Shown: positions 18,861 to 28,503 of the stretch, one piece after another
How the letters are laid out: each line of letters opens with the position of its first letter
Numbering within the stretch: the stretch's first letter is position 1
DNA from: an uncultured Muribaculaceae bacterium
GTDB taxonomy: Bacteria; Bacteroidota; Bacteroidia; Bacteroidales; UBA932
Reading direction: 5' to 3'
Length of the DNA: 64,000 nt
NCBI GenBank assembly: GCA_964458425.1
Contig: CAYWIW010000001.1
Coordinates: 94,275-158,274, forward strand
Notes under the pieces: generated by a model
What the model saw: only the letters and a program-made list of their open reading frames with translations
Told to the model about the DNA's origin: nothing
Database searches by the model: none
Program-made: the position numbers and the translations under genes

Positions 18861-20213
18861 CTATGCCTGATCCGGACGGTCAAGCCCCATCTGAGGGTTC
18901 TTACGGGAATAGACATTGATGGCCAGTGCAAGGGCAAGAGCCACGACACAGACCGCCAGAAACATCAGCTCGACACGAACGGCCCCGGTCTCGCTCACCC
19001 CTTTGGCAAGATTGGCAGACGCAAGTATCTTCCCGGCGAACATCTTGAAAGACATAAGTCCAAGATTCTGAACCCAGTAGATTAAAGAATAGGCCGTACC
19101 GAGCACCTTGTCCGGGACAATCTTCGGCACCGATGGCCACATCGCGGCCGGCACCAGCGAATAGCCGAAGCCAAGGAAAACCATCGCCAGATAACCGTAG
19201 AACGGGATTCCTGACGGAGCGAACGCAAGCATAAGATGCGCCGTCAAGGCCAGAGCCGCCCCGACAAGCATCCAACGCGTCCCGTGGCCGACCTTGTCAA
19301 CCAACACGCCGAAAACCGGAGCGAACACGACCGTGGCGAAAGGCAGCATCGAAACCATCCAGCTCGCGGACTCGACAGGAACGTCGAAGCGAGGGATAAG
19401 AATCGCCGACGCGAACTTCTTGAACGATATGACGCTGCTGTAAAAGAACACGCAGAGCAAAGCAAGGGCGATGAACCGCTTGTTTTTCAGCAGTTCCAGC
19501 ACATCCGAAAAGCGGAATTTGTCTTCCTCGGCGGTATCTGTCGAGTCTTTCAGCCCGGCCTGACGGTCGAACCTTGCGTCCATCGCCACGAAAACCGCCC
19601 AGAGAAGCATCCCCGCCAGCATCAGGGCACCCCCAAGGAAAGCCGGTCTCGCAGTCTCTGCCAATGAATATGTCTGGGCGACCTCCTTGGCGGCCACAAG
19701 TTTCGGGGATATGACCAGAGCGAAGGCCGTTCCAAGCCTGGCGATAGCCAGCTGGAGTCCCATCGCGAAAGCCATATTCCCTTCCTTGAACCACTTTGCA
19801 ATCGACCTTGTTACGGCCACGCCGGCAATCTCGCTTCCAAGTCCGAAGAACATACATCCGACGTAAGCAACTGACAAAGAAGTCTTTGGCGGCAGACCGG
19901 AAACCAGTGCATAAGTGACCAAGGCAGCACCTGAGGCCATCATCGTGACAAAGATGGAGCCTGTGACCCGCACTCCCCACCTGTCCAGAAGCATTCCGCA
20001 GACCACAAGGCCTCCGAACACGCACAGCACCGAGTAGCCGCTGGCATAGAGACCATAGTCAGCCGAGTTCCATCCAAGCTGGAGCGCGGACGGGTTCTCG
20101 AACAGGTGGGACAGTGTTGAGAACATATCGTCAAAGTAGTACGATGCGAACATCGGTACCACCAGACAAGCCAGAGCGATCCAGCAGGAATATTTCCTGA
20201 AATCCTTAGTCAC
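18861..20213 (-). CDS. MFS transporter (paralogue of the adjacent gene)
   Basis: About 12 TM segments; GMLLDRWG, AKWFK..MAFAMGLQLAIARLG, SLVPAAMWPSVPKIVP. Confidence 0.9.
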   Translation of the reverse strand: MTKDFRKYSCWIALACLVVPMFASYYFDDMFSTLSHLFENPSALQLGWNSADYGLYASGYSVLCVFGGLVVCGMLLDRWGVRVTGSIFVTMMASGAALVTYALVSGLPPKTSLSVAYVGCMFFGLGSEIAGVAVTRSIAKWFKEGNMAFAMGLQLAIARLGTAFALVISPKLVAAKEVAQTYSLAETARPAFLGGALMLAGMLLWAVFVAMDARFDRQAGLKDSTDTAEEDKFRFSDVLELLKNKRFIALALLCVFFYSSVISFKKFASAILIPRFDVPVESASWMVSMLPFATVVFAPVFGVLVDKVGHGTRWMLVGAALALTAHLMLAFAPSGIPFYGYLAMVFLGFGYSLVPAAMWPSVPKIVPDKVLGTAYSLIYWVQNLGLMSFKMFAGKILASANLAKGVSETGAVRVELMFLAVCVVALALALAINVYSRKNPQMGLDRPDQA

Positions 20214-20248
20214 GGTAAAGCGATGTGTTCTTCAGCCGGAGATCCGGA

Positions 20249-21673
20249 TTATTTCTGGATGTTCGGGAGTTCAAGGCCAAGGTGGCGCTTGCCGTCCAGA
20301 ACCTTGAGATAGAGTGCTATAAGGAGGGCGGCCACACCGAATCCCGCGAAAATCACAAGCGGAACGGTGTAATTGTAAGGGATGAACTCCGCACCAGCCG
20401 CCTTTGCGGCGATGACAGCGGGATTGTCCGCGTTCACGCTCGTCAGTACGCTTCCAATCAGCTTCGGGACAAAGCACAGGCCGATGTTCTGGACCCAGAA
20501 GATAAGGCAGTACGCCGAACCGAGAATCTTCTCGTCAATAATCTTAGGGACGGATGGCCAAAGAGCGGCCGGAACAAGCGAGAAGCTGACTCCCAGAACC
20601 ACGATCGTCGCGAGCGCGATGAACTTGCTGTGAGTGGCAGGAAGCACGAAAGCGAAGATCAAATGGCAGACAATCAGAAGCAGAGCGCCCCAGATGAGCA
20701 TAGTCGCGCCCTTTCCCTTAGTGTCAAGGAACCGTCCGAGGAACGGTGTGATGACGGCGGCTCCGATCGGGAACCATCTGAATATGTCGGAGGCGGTTCT
20801 GGCCGAGATTCCGTCAAGGTTGCACTGAAGCATATTCGCTCCGTACCTCTGGAACGGGAATATCGCGGAATAATAAAGCACGCACAGAAGCGCCACAACC
20901 CAGAAACTCCTGGAAGAGAAAATCTTGCCGAGGTCGCTGAGCTTGAACTCGTCATCGGAGGAAGGCTCTTCGGACTTGATTCCGGCCTCCACAAGCTGCC
21001 CGTCGAATTTCCTGTCCATTACACTGAACACGATGAAGTTGATCAGACCGATGAGGAGAAGCACGGTGCAGAAGCCGACCGGGCCCTGCACTCCACCGAG
21101 TTTGGAAGCGAGGATAGGGCTTATCGAGAACACGGAGAACACTCCCACGCGGGCAATCGCCATCTCGATTCCCATAGCCATAGCCATCTCCTTGCCTTTG
21201 AACCATTTGGCTATCGCTTTGGAGACTGTCGTTCCGGCCATTTCGCAGCCGCAGCCGAAAATCATAAATCCGAGAGCGGCCATCTTGGCGCTTCCCGGCA
21301 TAGCCACCCACCAGGTTCCCAGCCACTCGCAGAAAGCCGTGGTCTGGAACCAATCGGTTATTCCTATATATTTAATGGTGGCTCCGATGAACATCATCGA
21401 TGCGGAGAGGACTCCAGTGAAACGGACTCCCATCTTGTCGAGGATGATACCGGCGAGAATAAGGAAGCCGCAGACATTAAGGATATACTCGGCGCTGGCG
21501 TAAGTGCCGAACACATCCGGACTCCAGCCCCTCTGCTGCTCGATGAGGGACTGCAACGGTGACATCACATCGACAAACATATAGCCGAAGAACATCATCA
21601 GCGCAATGAGAATGAGTGCGGTCCACCTTGCGACCGGCGAATCATTCATCAGTTTTTGGATTTTTTCTGCCAT
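20249..21673 (-). CDS. MFS transporter (paralogue of the adjacent gene)
   Basis: GIILDKMG, AKWFKGKEMAMAMGIEMAIARVG, SLVPAALWPSVPKII. Confidence 0.9.
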   Translation of the reverse strand: MAEKIQKLMNDSPVARWTALILIALMMFFGYMFVDVMSPLQSLIEQQRGWSPDVFGTYASAEYILNVCGFLILAGIILDKMGVRFTGVLSASMMFIGATIKYIGITDWFQTTAFCEWLGTWWVAMPGSAKMAALGFMIFGCGCEMAGTTVSKAIAKWFKGKEMAMAMGIEMAIARVGVFSVFSISPILASKLGGVQGPVGFCTVLLLIGLINFIVFSVMDRKFDGQLVEAGIKSEEPSSDDEFKLSDLGKIFSSRSFWVVALLCVLYYSAIFPFQRYGANMLQCNLDGISARTASDIFRWFPIGAAVITPFLGRFLDTKGKGATMLIWGALLLIVCHLIFAFVLPATHSKFIALATIVVLGVSFSLVPAALWPSVPKIIDEKILGSAYCLIFWVQNIGLCFVPKLIGSVLTSVNADNPAVIAAKAAGAEFIPYNYTVPLVIFAGFGVAALLIALYLKVLDGKRHLGLELPNIQK

Positions 21674-21774
21674 TTTGACTATTTCTTTTAAAAATATTCG
21701 GAACGAACGTAAAATTATTCAAACAATCTGCGAATATAAGAAAAATGTCGGAATAAAGTCGTACCTTAGCCTTT

Positions 21775-23649
21775 ATGATTCTCGACAATGTCAATTTTCC
21801 TGAAGACCTCAGGAAGCTTAAAATAGAGGAATTACAGCCGCTCTGCGACGAGATCCGGGACTATATTGTCAGATGCTGCGCCGACAATCCGGGACATCTG
21901 GCCTCCAGCCTGGGCGCCGTGGAACTGATAGTAGGCCTGCATTATGTGTTCGACACCCCGAAAGACAAACTGGTCTTCGATGTGGGGCATCAGGCTTATG
22001 CCCACAAGATTCTGACGGGACGGAAGGAAGGTTTCAAGAAAAACAGGATGGCTGACGGAATCAGCGGATTCCCGAACCGGGACGAAAGCGAATACGACGC
22101 ATTCGGGGCCGGACACGCCTCCACATCCATATCCGCCGCCCTCGGAATGTCCGAAGCCGCCAAAATCTCCGGCTCCGGTGAGAGAATCGTGGCGATGATC
22201 GGCGACGGCGCGATGACCGGCGGCCTGGCTCTCGAAGGCCTGAACAATGCCGGATGGGAGGACACAGACCTGCTTGTCGTGCTGAACGACAACGAGATGG
22301 CGATTGACGGGAACAAGGGTGCCCTGCACTCCTATCTGCTCAAACTGACGACAGACCCTGCCTACAACCGCATCAAGACCCACATCTGGAACAAGCTCGG
22401 GGCGGGCAGGTTCCGCAACCGCATCCAGCAGTTCGTGCGCAAGGCTAAGTCCGGACTGGTCACAACGTCAGGGGGAGACTTGTTCGAGGCTTTCGGATTC
22501 AGATACTTCGGCCCCATCGACGGGAATGACATCATAAAGGTTGTCAACACATTGCGGCGCGTCAAGGAAATCAAGGGGCCAAAAATCCTGCACACCTGTA
22601 CCATAAAGGGCAAAGGCTATGCGCCGGCAGAGTCAGACCCCACCACCTGGCACGCTCCGGGAACATTCAACGCCGAGACAGGAGAAAGACCAGTCAGGAA
22701 ACATTCCGCCGACCGCTACCAGGACGTGTTCGGAGAGGTTCTGTGCGAAATGGCCGAAAAAGACCGGAAAGTCGTCGGAATCACTCCGGCGATGGCCACC
22801 GGAAGCGGGATGAGCGATTTCGCCGCTCGCTTCCCGGACAGATTCTTCGATGTCGGCATAGCGGAAGAGCACGCCGCAACTTTCGCCGCGGGACTCGCCG
22901 CCGGGGGGATGAAGCCTTTCTGCGCCATCTACTCCTCGTTCGCCCAAAGAGCCTACGATGAAATCATACACGACATCGCACTCCAAAGGCTTAACGTGGT
23001 GATCTGCCTCGACAGAGCCGGGCTTGTGGGCGAGGACGGAGCCACCCACCAAGGCGCTTTCGACCTTGCCTCGCTGCGCTGCATCCCGAACACCGTCATC
23101 GCCGCGCCGAAAGACGAGATCCAGCTCAAAAGGCTACTCTACACAGGGCTTGGCGTCAAAGAAGGCCCGTTCGTCATCCGATACCAGAGAGGCTTGGGAG
23201 AAGGGACCGACTGGAGACGGGCCGAACCGGAACCAGCGGAGATCGGCAAAGGCGAGAAACTGGCTGACGGAGAGAATGTCGCCGTCCTGGCATTGGGCCC
23301 CGTGGCGAACCGCGCGGTCGAAGCGGCGGAAAGGCTGAGGAAAGAGACAGGGACCGGACCGGCCATATTCAACGCCATATTCCTTAAGCCGTTTGACACC
23401 GGCATTCTCGAGGAAGCGTCAGGCTTCGGGCAGATTGTCACCTTGGAGGAAGGCAGCCTGAAGGGAGGCCTGTTCAGCGAGGTAAGCGAATATGTCGCCT
23501 CAAGGGGGCTAGACATCACCGTGACCGGAATAGGACTGCCCGACAGATTTATCCATCAGGCGACAGTAGGACAGCAAAGAAAGGACTGCGGACTTGACAC
23601 AGACAGGATATATTCGGAGCTTAAACGACTTTTCGATAAAAATAATTGA
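21775..23649 (+). CDS. dxs: 1-deoxy-D-xylulose-5-phosphate synthase
   Basis: GHLASSLGAVEL, FDVGHQAY.HK, GHASTSIS, GDGAMTGG, LNDN, FDVGIAEEH, DRAGLVGEDGATH. Confidence 0.98.
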   Translation: MILDNVNFPEDLRKLKIEELQPLCDEIRDYIVRCCADNPGHLASSLGAVELIVGLHYVFDTPKDKLVFDVGHQAYAHKILTGRKEGFKKNRMADGISGFPNRDESEYDAFGAGHASTSISAALGMSEAAKISGSGERIVAMIGDGAMTGGLALEGLNNAGWEDTDLLVVLNDNEMAIDGNKGALHSYLLKLTTDPAYNRIKTHIWNKLGAGRFRNRIQQFVRKAKSGLVTTSGGDLFEAFGFRYFGPIDGNDIIKVVNTLRRVKEIKGPKILHTCTIKGKGYAPAESDPTTWHAPGTFNAETGERPVRKHSADRYQDVFGEVLCEMAEKDRKVVGITPAMATGSGMSDFAARFPDRFFDVGIAEEHAATFAAGLAAGGMKPFCAIYSSFAQRAYDEIIHDIALQRLNVVICLDRAGLVGEDGATHQGAFDLASLRCIPNTVIAAPKDEIQLKRLLYTGLGVKEGPFVIRYQRGLGEGTDWRRAEPEPAEIGKGEKLADGENVAVLALGPVANRAVEAAERLRKETGTGPAIFNAIFLKPFDTGILEEASGFGQIVTLEEGSLKGGLFSEVSEYVASRGLDITVTGIGLPDRFIHQATVGQQRKDCGLDTDRIYSELKRLFDKNN

Positions 23650-23655
23650 AAAAGT

Positions 23656-23686
23656 TTTGGATAATCCAAATAAATACCTATCTTTG
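23656..23686 (+). promoter_or_regulatory. sigma70 promoter of the tRNA-tuf operon
   Basis: TTTG (23656-23659), 19-nt spacer, TATCTTTG (23679-23686). Confidence 0.85.
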
Positions 23687-23723
23687 CAATCCCTTTGTGA
23701 AAGGGAACATTCATTGAAATATC

Positions 23724-23797
23724 GCCGATGTAGCTCAGTTGGCCAGAGCACGTGATTTGTAATCTCGGGGTCGTGGGTTCGACTCCCTCCATCGGCT
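23724..23797 (+). tRNA. tRNA-Thr(TGT)
   Basis: GCCGATGTAGCTCAG...TT-TGT-AA...GGTTCGACTCC...ATCGGCT cloverleaf. Confidence 0.96.
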
Positions 23798-23829
23798 CAA
23801 AGTCTCTGAAGCATATTCGGAGTAAACTT

Positions 23830-23909
23830 GGGAGGATCGCATAGCGGCAATTGCGGCGGACTGTAAATCCGCTCCTTCGGGTTCGGTGGTTCGAGTCCAC
23901 CTCCTCCCA
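23830..23909 (+). tRNA. tRNA-Tyr(GTA)
   Basis: GGGAGGA/TCCTCCC acceptor stem, CT-GTA-AA loop, variable arm, GTTCGAGTC. Confidence 0.96.
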
Positions 23910-23917
23910 CAACATTC

Positions 23918-23990
23918 GCGGAAGTAGCTCAGTTGGTAGAGCATCAGCCTTCCAAGCTGAGGGTCGCGAGTTCGAACCTCGTCTTCCGCT
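23918..23990 (+). tRNA. tRNA-Gly(TCC)
   Basis: GCGGAAG/CTTCCGC stem, CT-TCC-AA loop; followed by encoded CCA. Confidence 0.96.
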
Positions 23991-24002
23991 CCAATCAAAA
24001 AA

Positions 24003-24074
<72 letters not shown>

Positions 24075-24115
24075 CAAACTGCATTATTTAGTTTACTCAT
24101 TTAAAACATAATATT

Positions 24116-25309
24116 ATGGCAAAAGAAACTTTCCAAAGAACGAAGCCGCACGTAAACAACGGTACAATTGGCCACGTTGACCACGGTAAGACCACTTTGA
24201 CTGCCGCTATTACCAAGGTTCTCGCCGAGAGAGTCTCAGGTAACTCCGACAAGGTAAAGTCCTTCGATCAGATTGACAATGCCCCCGAGGAGAAGGAGCG
24301 TGGTATCACCATCAACTCAGCGCACGTTGAGTACGAGACCGAGAACCGCCACTATGCTCACGTTGACTGCCCGGGCCACGCTGACTACGTTAAGAACATG
24401 GTTACCGGTGCCGCCCAGATGGATGGAGCCATCCTCGTTGTAGCATCTACCGACGGTCCTATGCCTCAGACCCGTGAGCACATCCTGCTCGCCCGTCAGG
24501 TGAACGTTCCAAGAATCCTCGTCTTTATGAACAAGGTTGACCTTGTTGACGACGCAGAGATGCTTGACCTCGTAGAGATGGAGATCCGTGACCTCCTCGG
24601 ATTCTACAAGTTCGATGAGAACTGCCCTATCATCCGCGGTTCCGCTCTTGGAGCTCTCAACGGAGAGAAGGAATGGGAAGACAAGGTAATGGAGCTTATG
24701 AGCGCTGTTGACGAGTACATCCCTCAGCCTGTTCGCCAGAACGAGAAGCCGTTCCTTATGCCTATCGAGGACATCTTCTCAATCACCGGCCGCGGTACCG
24801 TAGTTACCGGCCGTATCGAGACTGGTACCATCCACGTCAACGATCCTGTTGAGCTTGTAGGTTTCGGCGATGCTCCTAAGAACACTGTGGTTACCGGTGT
24901 CGAGATGTTCCGCAAGCTTCTTGACCAGGGTGAGGCCGGAGACAATGTAGGTCTTCTCCTCCGCGGTATCGACAAGAAGGAAGTCAAGAGAGGTGAGGTT
25001 GTAGCCAAGCCAGGTTCAATCACTCCTCACAAGCACTTCAAGGCTCAGATTTACGTCCTCAAGAAGGAAGAGGGTGGACGTCACACTCCATTCCACAACC
25101 ACTATCGTCCTCAGTTCTTCATCCGTACACTGGATGTTACCGGTGAGATCACTCTTCCGGAAGGAGTTGAGATGGTTATGCCTGGCGATAACGTTGAGAT
25201 CGACGTTCAGCTCATCACCCCTGTAGCCCTCAACGAAGGACTCCAGTTCGCTATCCGCGAAGGTGGACGTACCGTTGGAGCCGGCCAGGTTATCAAGATC
25301 GAAGAATAA
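24116..25309 (+). CDS. tuf: Elongation factor Tu
   Basis: [36 protein letters not shown]. Confidence 0.99.
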   Translation: MAKETFQRTKPHVNNGTIGHVDHGKTTLTAAITKVLAERVSGNSDKVKSFDQIDNAPEEKERGITINSAHVEYETENRHYAHVDCPGHADYVKNMVTGAAQMDGAILVVASTDGPMPQTREHILLARQVNVPRILVFMNKVDLVDDAEMLDLVEMEIRDLLGFYKFDENCPIIRGSALGALNGEKEWEDKVMELMSAVDEYIPQPVRQNEKPFLMPIEDIFSITGRGTVVTGRIETGTIHVNDPVELVGFGDAPKNTVVTGVEMFRKLLDQGEAGDNVGLLLRGIDKKEVKRGEVVAKPGSITPHKHFKAQIYVLKKEEGGRHTPFHNHYRPQFFIRTLDVTGEITLPEGVEMVMPGDNVEIDVQLITPVALNEGLQFAIREGGRTVGAGQVIKIEE

Positions 25310-25321
25310 TTCTTCACAATA

Positions 25322-25353
25322 CAGGACGGATGTCCGGAAAGATGTCCGTCCTG
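25322..25353 (+). terminator. Hairpin between tuf and tRNA-Trp (terminator or processing stem)
   Basis: CAGGACGGA...TCCGTCCTG 9-bp inverted repeat with a weak U tract. Confidence 0.5.
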
Positions 25354-25358
25354 ATTAT

Positions 25359-25429
25359 AGGGGAATAGAACAAGGGTAGTTCAGCGGTCTCCAAAACCGT
25401 CGATGTGGGTTCGAATCCTGCTTCCCCTG
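25359..25429 (+). tRNA. tRNA-Trp(CCA)
   Basis: AGGGGAA/TTCCCCT stem, CT-CCA-AA loop, GGTTCGAATCC; encoded CCA follows. Confidence 0.95.
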
Positions 25430-25514
25430 CCAAAAATATCAAAGGTTACGATTTGGTAATTGTTTAACAGACATCGTAGAAGCTTCCAAATTACGAGGTC
25501 CATTAAATGCAAAG

Positions 25515-25703
25515 ATGAGAAAGTTCATTAACTATTGCAAAGAGTCATACGCAGAACTCACAAAGAAGGTCACTTGGCCTACCTGGGAGAAGCTTCAAAG
25601 CTCCGCCCTTTTGGTTATGGTCGCCACAGTGATCCTCGCTTTGGTACTCTTCGTGGTTGACTTCGCTTTCGAGCATCTGATGACAGCGATATACACATTG
25701 TAA
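25515..25703 (+). CDS. secE: Preprotein translocase subunit SecE
   Basis: ELTKKVTWPT motif plus one TM segment; lies between tRNA-Trp and nusG. Confidence 0.95.
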   Translation: MRKFINYCKESYAELTKKVTWPTWEKLQSSALLVMVATVILALVLFVVDFAFEHLMTAIYTL

Positions 25704-25709
25704 TTATCA

Positions 25710-26282
25710 TTGATTACCATGGCTGATATGAAATGGTATGTCCTTAGGACAGCGGGAAGCAAGGAGAAGAAGGCCAAAGAATATCTTGAGAAAGAAATAG
25801 AAAGGTTTGGCCTGCAGGATCAAGTCGCACAGGTACTTGTTCCGGTGAAGCGTGAGATCGTCACCAAGAACGGCAAGAGAAAGGTGGTTGAAAGACTGCT
25901 TTATCCCGGCTATGTCTTGATACAGGCTCAGCTTTGCCCGGAACTTGAGTATATTATCCGCAACGATATTCCTGGAATGTCCGGGTTCCTGACTGAGAAG
26001 AGGACTTCCGGTTCCCTTACAGAAAGGGTGCCTGTCCCGATCAGAGATGAGGAGGCGCAGCTTATTCTTGGTAATCAGGATCAGAACGTGGATAACGCGG
26101 CAGAGACAGAGGTTAACTTCGAGGTCGGTGAGTCAGTCAAGATTACTGACGGGCCGTTCAGCGGATTTAACGGAACTGTCGATGCAATCGAGGAGGACAG
26201 AAGCAAACTCAAGGTGATAGTTGTGATTTTCGGCAGGAAGACCCTGCTGGAGCTCAGCTTTACTCAAGTAACAAAAGAATAA
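25710..26282 (+). CDS. nusG: Transcription termination/antitermination factor NusG
   Basis: KWYVLRT, YPGYVLI, KOW motif VKITDGPFSGFNG, IFGRKT. The start may be 25719. Confidence 0.97.
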   Translation: MITMADMKWYVLRTAGSKEKKAKEYLEKEIERFGLQDQVAQVLVPVKREIVTKNGKRKVVERLLYPGYVLIQAQLCPELEYIIRNDIPGMSGFLTEKRTSGSLTERVPVPIRDEEAQLILGNQDQNVDNAAETEVNFEVGESVKITDGPFSGFNGTVDAIEEDRSKLKVIVVIFGRKTLLELSFTQVTKE

Positions 26283-26291
26283 CAAACAATT

Positions 26292-26735
26292 ATGGCAAAA
26301 GAAGTTACCGGATTCATTAAGCTCCAAATCAAAGCAGGAGCCGCCAATCCAGCACCTCCGGTAGGACCGGCACTCGGTTCCAAAGGCTTGAACATTATGG
26401 ACTTCTGCAAGCAGTTCAATGCGGCGACACAACAGAACGCCGGAAAGATCGTGCCTGTAGTCATCACCGTTTATTCGGACAAGTCCTTCACGTTCGAGGT
26501 AAAACAGCCGCCTGTAGCCATTTCCCTCAAGGAAGCTGCCAAGCTTCAGAAAGGTTCAGGCGAGCCTAACAGAAGAAAGGTTGCCTCTATCACCTGGGAT
26601 CAGGTTAAGGCCATCGCTGAAGGTAAGATGCCAGACCTCAATGCTTTCACACTTGCGGCTGCTATGAAGATGGTCGCCGGAACAGCAAGGAGTATGGGTA
26701 TCAAAGTCACCGGAACATTCCCTGAGAACCTTTAA
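26292..26735 (+). CDS. rplK: 50S ribosomal protein L11
   Basis: [27 protein letters not shown]. Confidence 0.99.
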   Translation: MAKEVTGFIKLQIKAGAANPAPPVGPALGSKGLNIMDFCKQFNAATQQNAGKIVPVVITVYSDKSFTFEVKQPPVAISLKEAAKLQKGSGEPNRRKVASITWDQVKAIAEGKMPDLNAFTLAAAMKMVAGTARSMGIKVTGTFPENL

Positions 26736-26749
26736 TTTTCTCACGCGAA

Positions 26750-27457
26750 ATGAGTAGAATCACAAAAAACCAGAAAGCTGTCGTAGCGAAGTACGACGCT
26801 TCCAAGCAGTACACTCTTGCCCAGGCTTGTGAAATGCTGAAGGACATAACCTTCACGAAGTTCGACGCATCAGTTGAGATTTCAGCCAATCTGGGAGTTG
26901 ACCCTCGTAAGGCTAATCAGATGATCCGTGGCGTGGTAAGCCTTCCTCACGGAACCGGTAAGGTTGTAAGAGTTCTTGTCCTTTGTACACCGGACAAGGA
27001 GAATGAGGCCAAGGAAGCGGGAGCTGACTATGTAGGTCTCGATGAATATGTAGAGAAGATCAAAGGCGGCTGGACGGATGTCGATGTCATCATCTGCACC
27101 CCTTCAGTAATGGCCAAGGTCGGTGTTCTCGGTCGTATCCTCGGCCCAAGAGGCCTTATGCCTAACCCTAAGACAGGCACCGTTACAATGGAAGTCGGCA
27201 ATGCCGTCAAGGATGTAAAGGGTGGTAAGATTGATTTCAAGGTTGACAAGACCGGTATCATACACGCGGCCATCGGCAAGGTTTCCTTCACTCCGGCACA
27301 GATCTGCGAGAACGCTACCGCACTTCTGAACGAGGTAATCAAACTCAAGCCACAGACTCTCAAGGGAACATATCTCAAAGGTGCGGCAATCTGCACGACA
27401 ATGAGCCCTGGTATCAAGATAGACGTCAAAGCATTCATTAGCGGAAGCGCTGAGTAA
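26750..27457 (+). CDS. rplA: 50S ribosomal protein L1
   Basis: [36 protein letters not shown]. Confidence 0.99.
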   Translation: MSRITKNQKAVVAKYDASKQYTLAQACEMLKDITFTKFDASVEISANLGVDPRKANQMIRGVVSLPHGTGKVVRVLVLCTPDKENEAKEAGADYVGLDEYVEKIKGGWTDVDVIICTPSVMAKVGVLGRILGPRGLMPNPKTGTVTMEVGNAVKDVKGGKIDFKVDKTGIIHAAIGKVSFTPAQICENATALLNEVIKLKPQTLKGTYLKGAAICTTMSPGIKIDVKAFISGSAE

Positions 27458-27471
27458 AAAAGGATTTCATT

Positions 27472-28002
27472 ATGAAGAAGGAACTCAAAGATCAGATTAT
27501 TGAAAGCATCTCAGCACAACTGAAGCAGTACCCTAACTTCTATGTCGCCGACATCGAGGGTCTGAATGCTGAAAACACCGTTAAACTCCGCCGCGCCTGC
27601 TTCGAGCAGGGAATCAAGCTGACCGTGGTAAAGAACACTTTGTTCGCCCACGTTCTCAAGGCTCTGGACAACGAGGAGATGAACCTTCTCCTCCCTATCC
27701 TCAAGGGCAACACGGCAATTATGTACACCGAGGCACCTAACGCTCCAGCGAAGCTCATCAAGAAGCTTCAGAAGGATATGGGCAAGCCACAGCTTAAAGG
27801 CGCCTATGTTCAGGAGTGTGCGTTCATCGGAGCTGAAAAACTCGACGAACTCTGCGCAATCAAGTCCAGGGAAGAACTTATCGGAGACATCGTTGCTCTC
27901 CTTCAGGCTCCTATGCGCAATGTCATCTCCGCTCTCCAGAATGGCGGCGGAAGCACAATCGCGGGTCTCGTCAAGACACTTTCAGAAAAAGAAGAGAAAT
28001 AA
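27472..28002 (+). CDS. rplJ: 50S ribosomal protein L10
   Basis: [28 protein letters not shown]; synteny. Confidence 0.97.
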   Translation: MKKELKDQIIESISAQLKQYPNFYVADIEGLNAENTVKLRRACFEQGIKLTVVKNTLFAHVLKALDNEEMNLLLPILKGNTAIMYTEAPNAPAKLIKKLQKDMGKPQLKGAYVQECAFIGAEKLDELCAIKSREELIGDIVALLQAPMRNVISALQNGGGSTIAGLVKTLSEKEEK

Positions 28003-28029
28003 TAACAAACAATTTAATAATTATCAATT

Positions 28030-28404
28030 ATGGCAGATGTAAAAGCACTTGCAGAAGAGTTGGTTAACCTTTCTGTAAAAGACGTTCAGGAACTTGCAAA
28101 AGTTCTCAAGGAAGAATATGGTATCGAGCCTGCAGCCGCAGCCGTAGCTGTAGCAGGTCCTGCTGCAGCCGCTGAGGCAGCTCCGGCAGAGCAGACTGAG
28201 TTCGACGTTGTCCTCAAGTCAGCCGGTGCAGCTAAGCTTCAGGTAATCAAGGCCGTTAAGGAGGCTCTCGGTCTCGGCCTTAAGGAAGCTAAGGATCTCG
28301 TAGACGGCGCTCCTAAGACTGTTAAGGAGAAGGCCTCTAAGGCTGAAGCTGAGCAACTGAAAGCTGCCCTTGAAGAGGCAGGTGCCGAAGTTGAGGTTAA
28401 ATAA
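28030..28404 (+). CDS. rplL: 50S ribosomal protein L7/L12
   Basis: [34 protein letters not shown]. Confidence 0.99.
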   Translation: MADVKALAEELVNLSVKDVQELAKVLKEEYGIEPAAAAVAVAGPAAAAEAAPAEQTEFDVVLKSAGAAKLQVIKAVKEALGLGLKEAKDLVDGAPKTVKEKASKAEAEQLKAALEEAGAEVEVK

Positions 28405-28432
28405 CCCAGCTTCCCCTGGCGGGAAAATCATC

Positions 28433-28465
28433 AGGTTTAGAGCCTAAATGGCTCTAAACCTTTTT
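28433..28465 (+). terminator. rplL-rpoB intergenic terminator/attenuator
   Basis: AGGTTTAGAGCC-TAAAT-GGCTCTAAACCT followed by TTTT. Confidence 0.85.
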
Positions 28466-28503
28466 GTCGTATTAAGTTTTTCTCATTTCCTAAAGGCAGA
28501 TCA

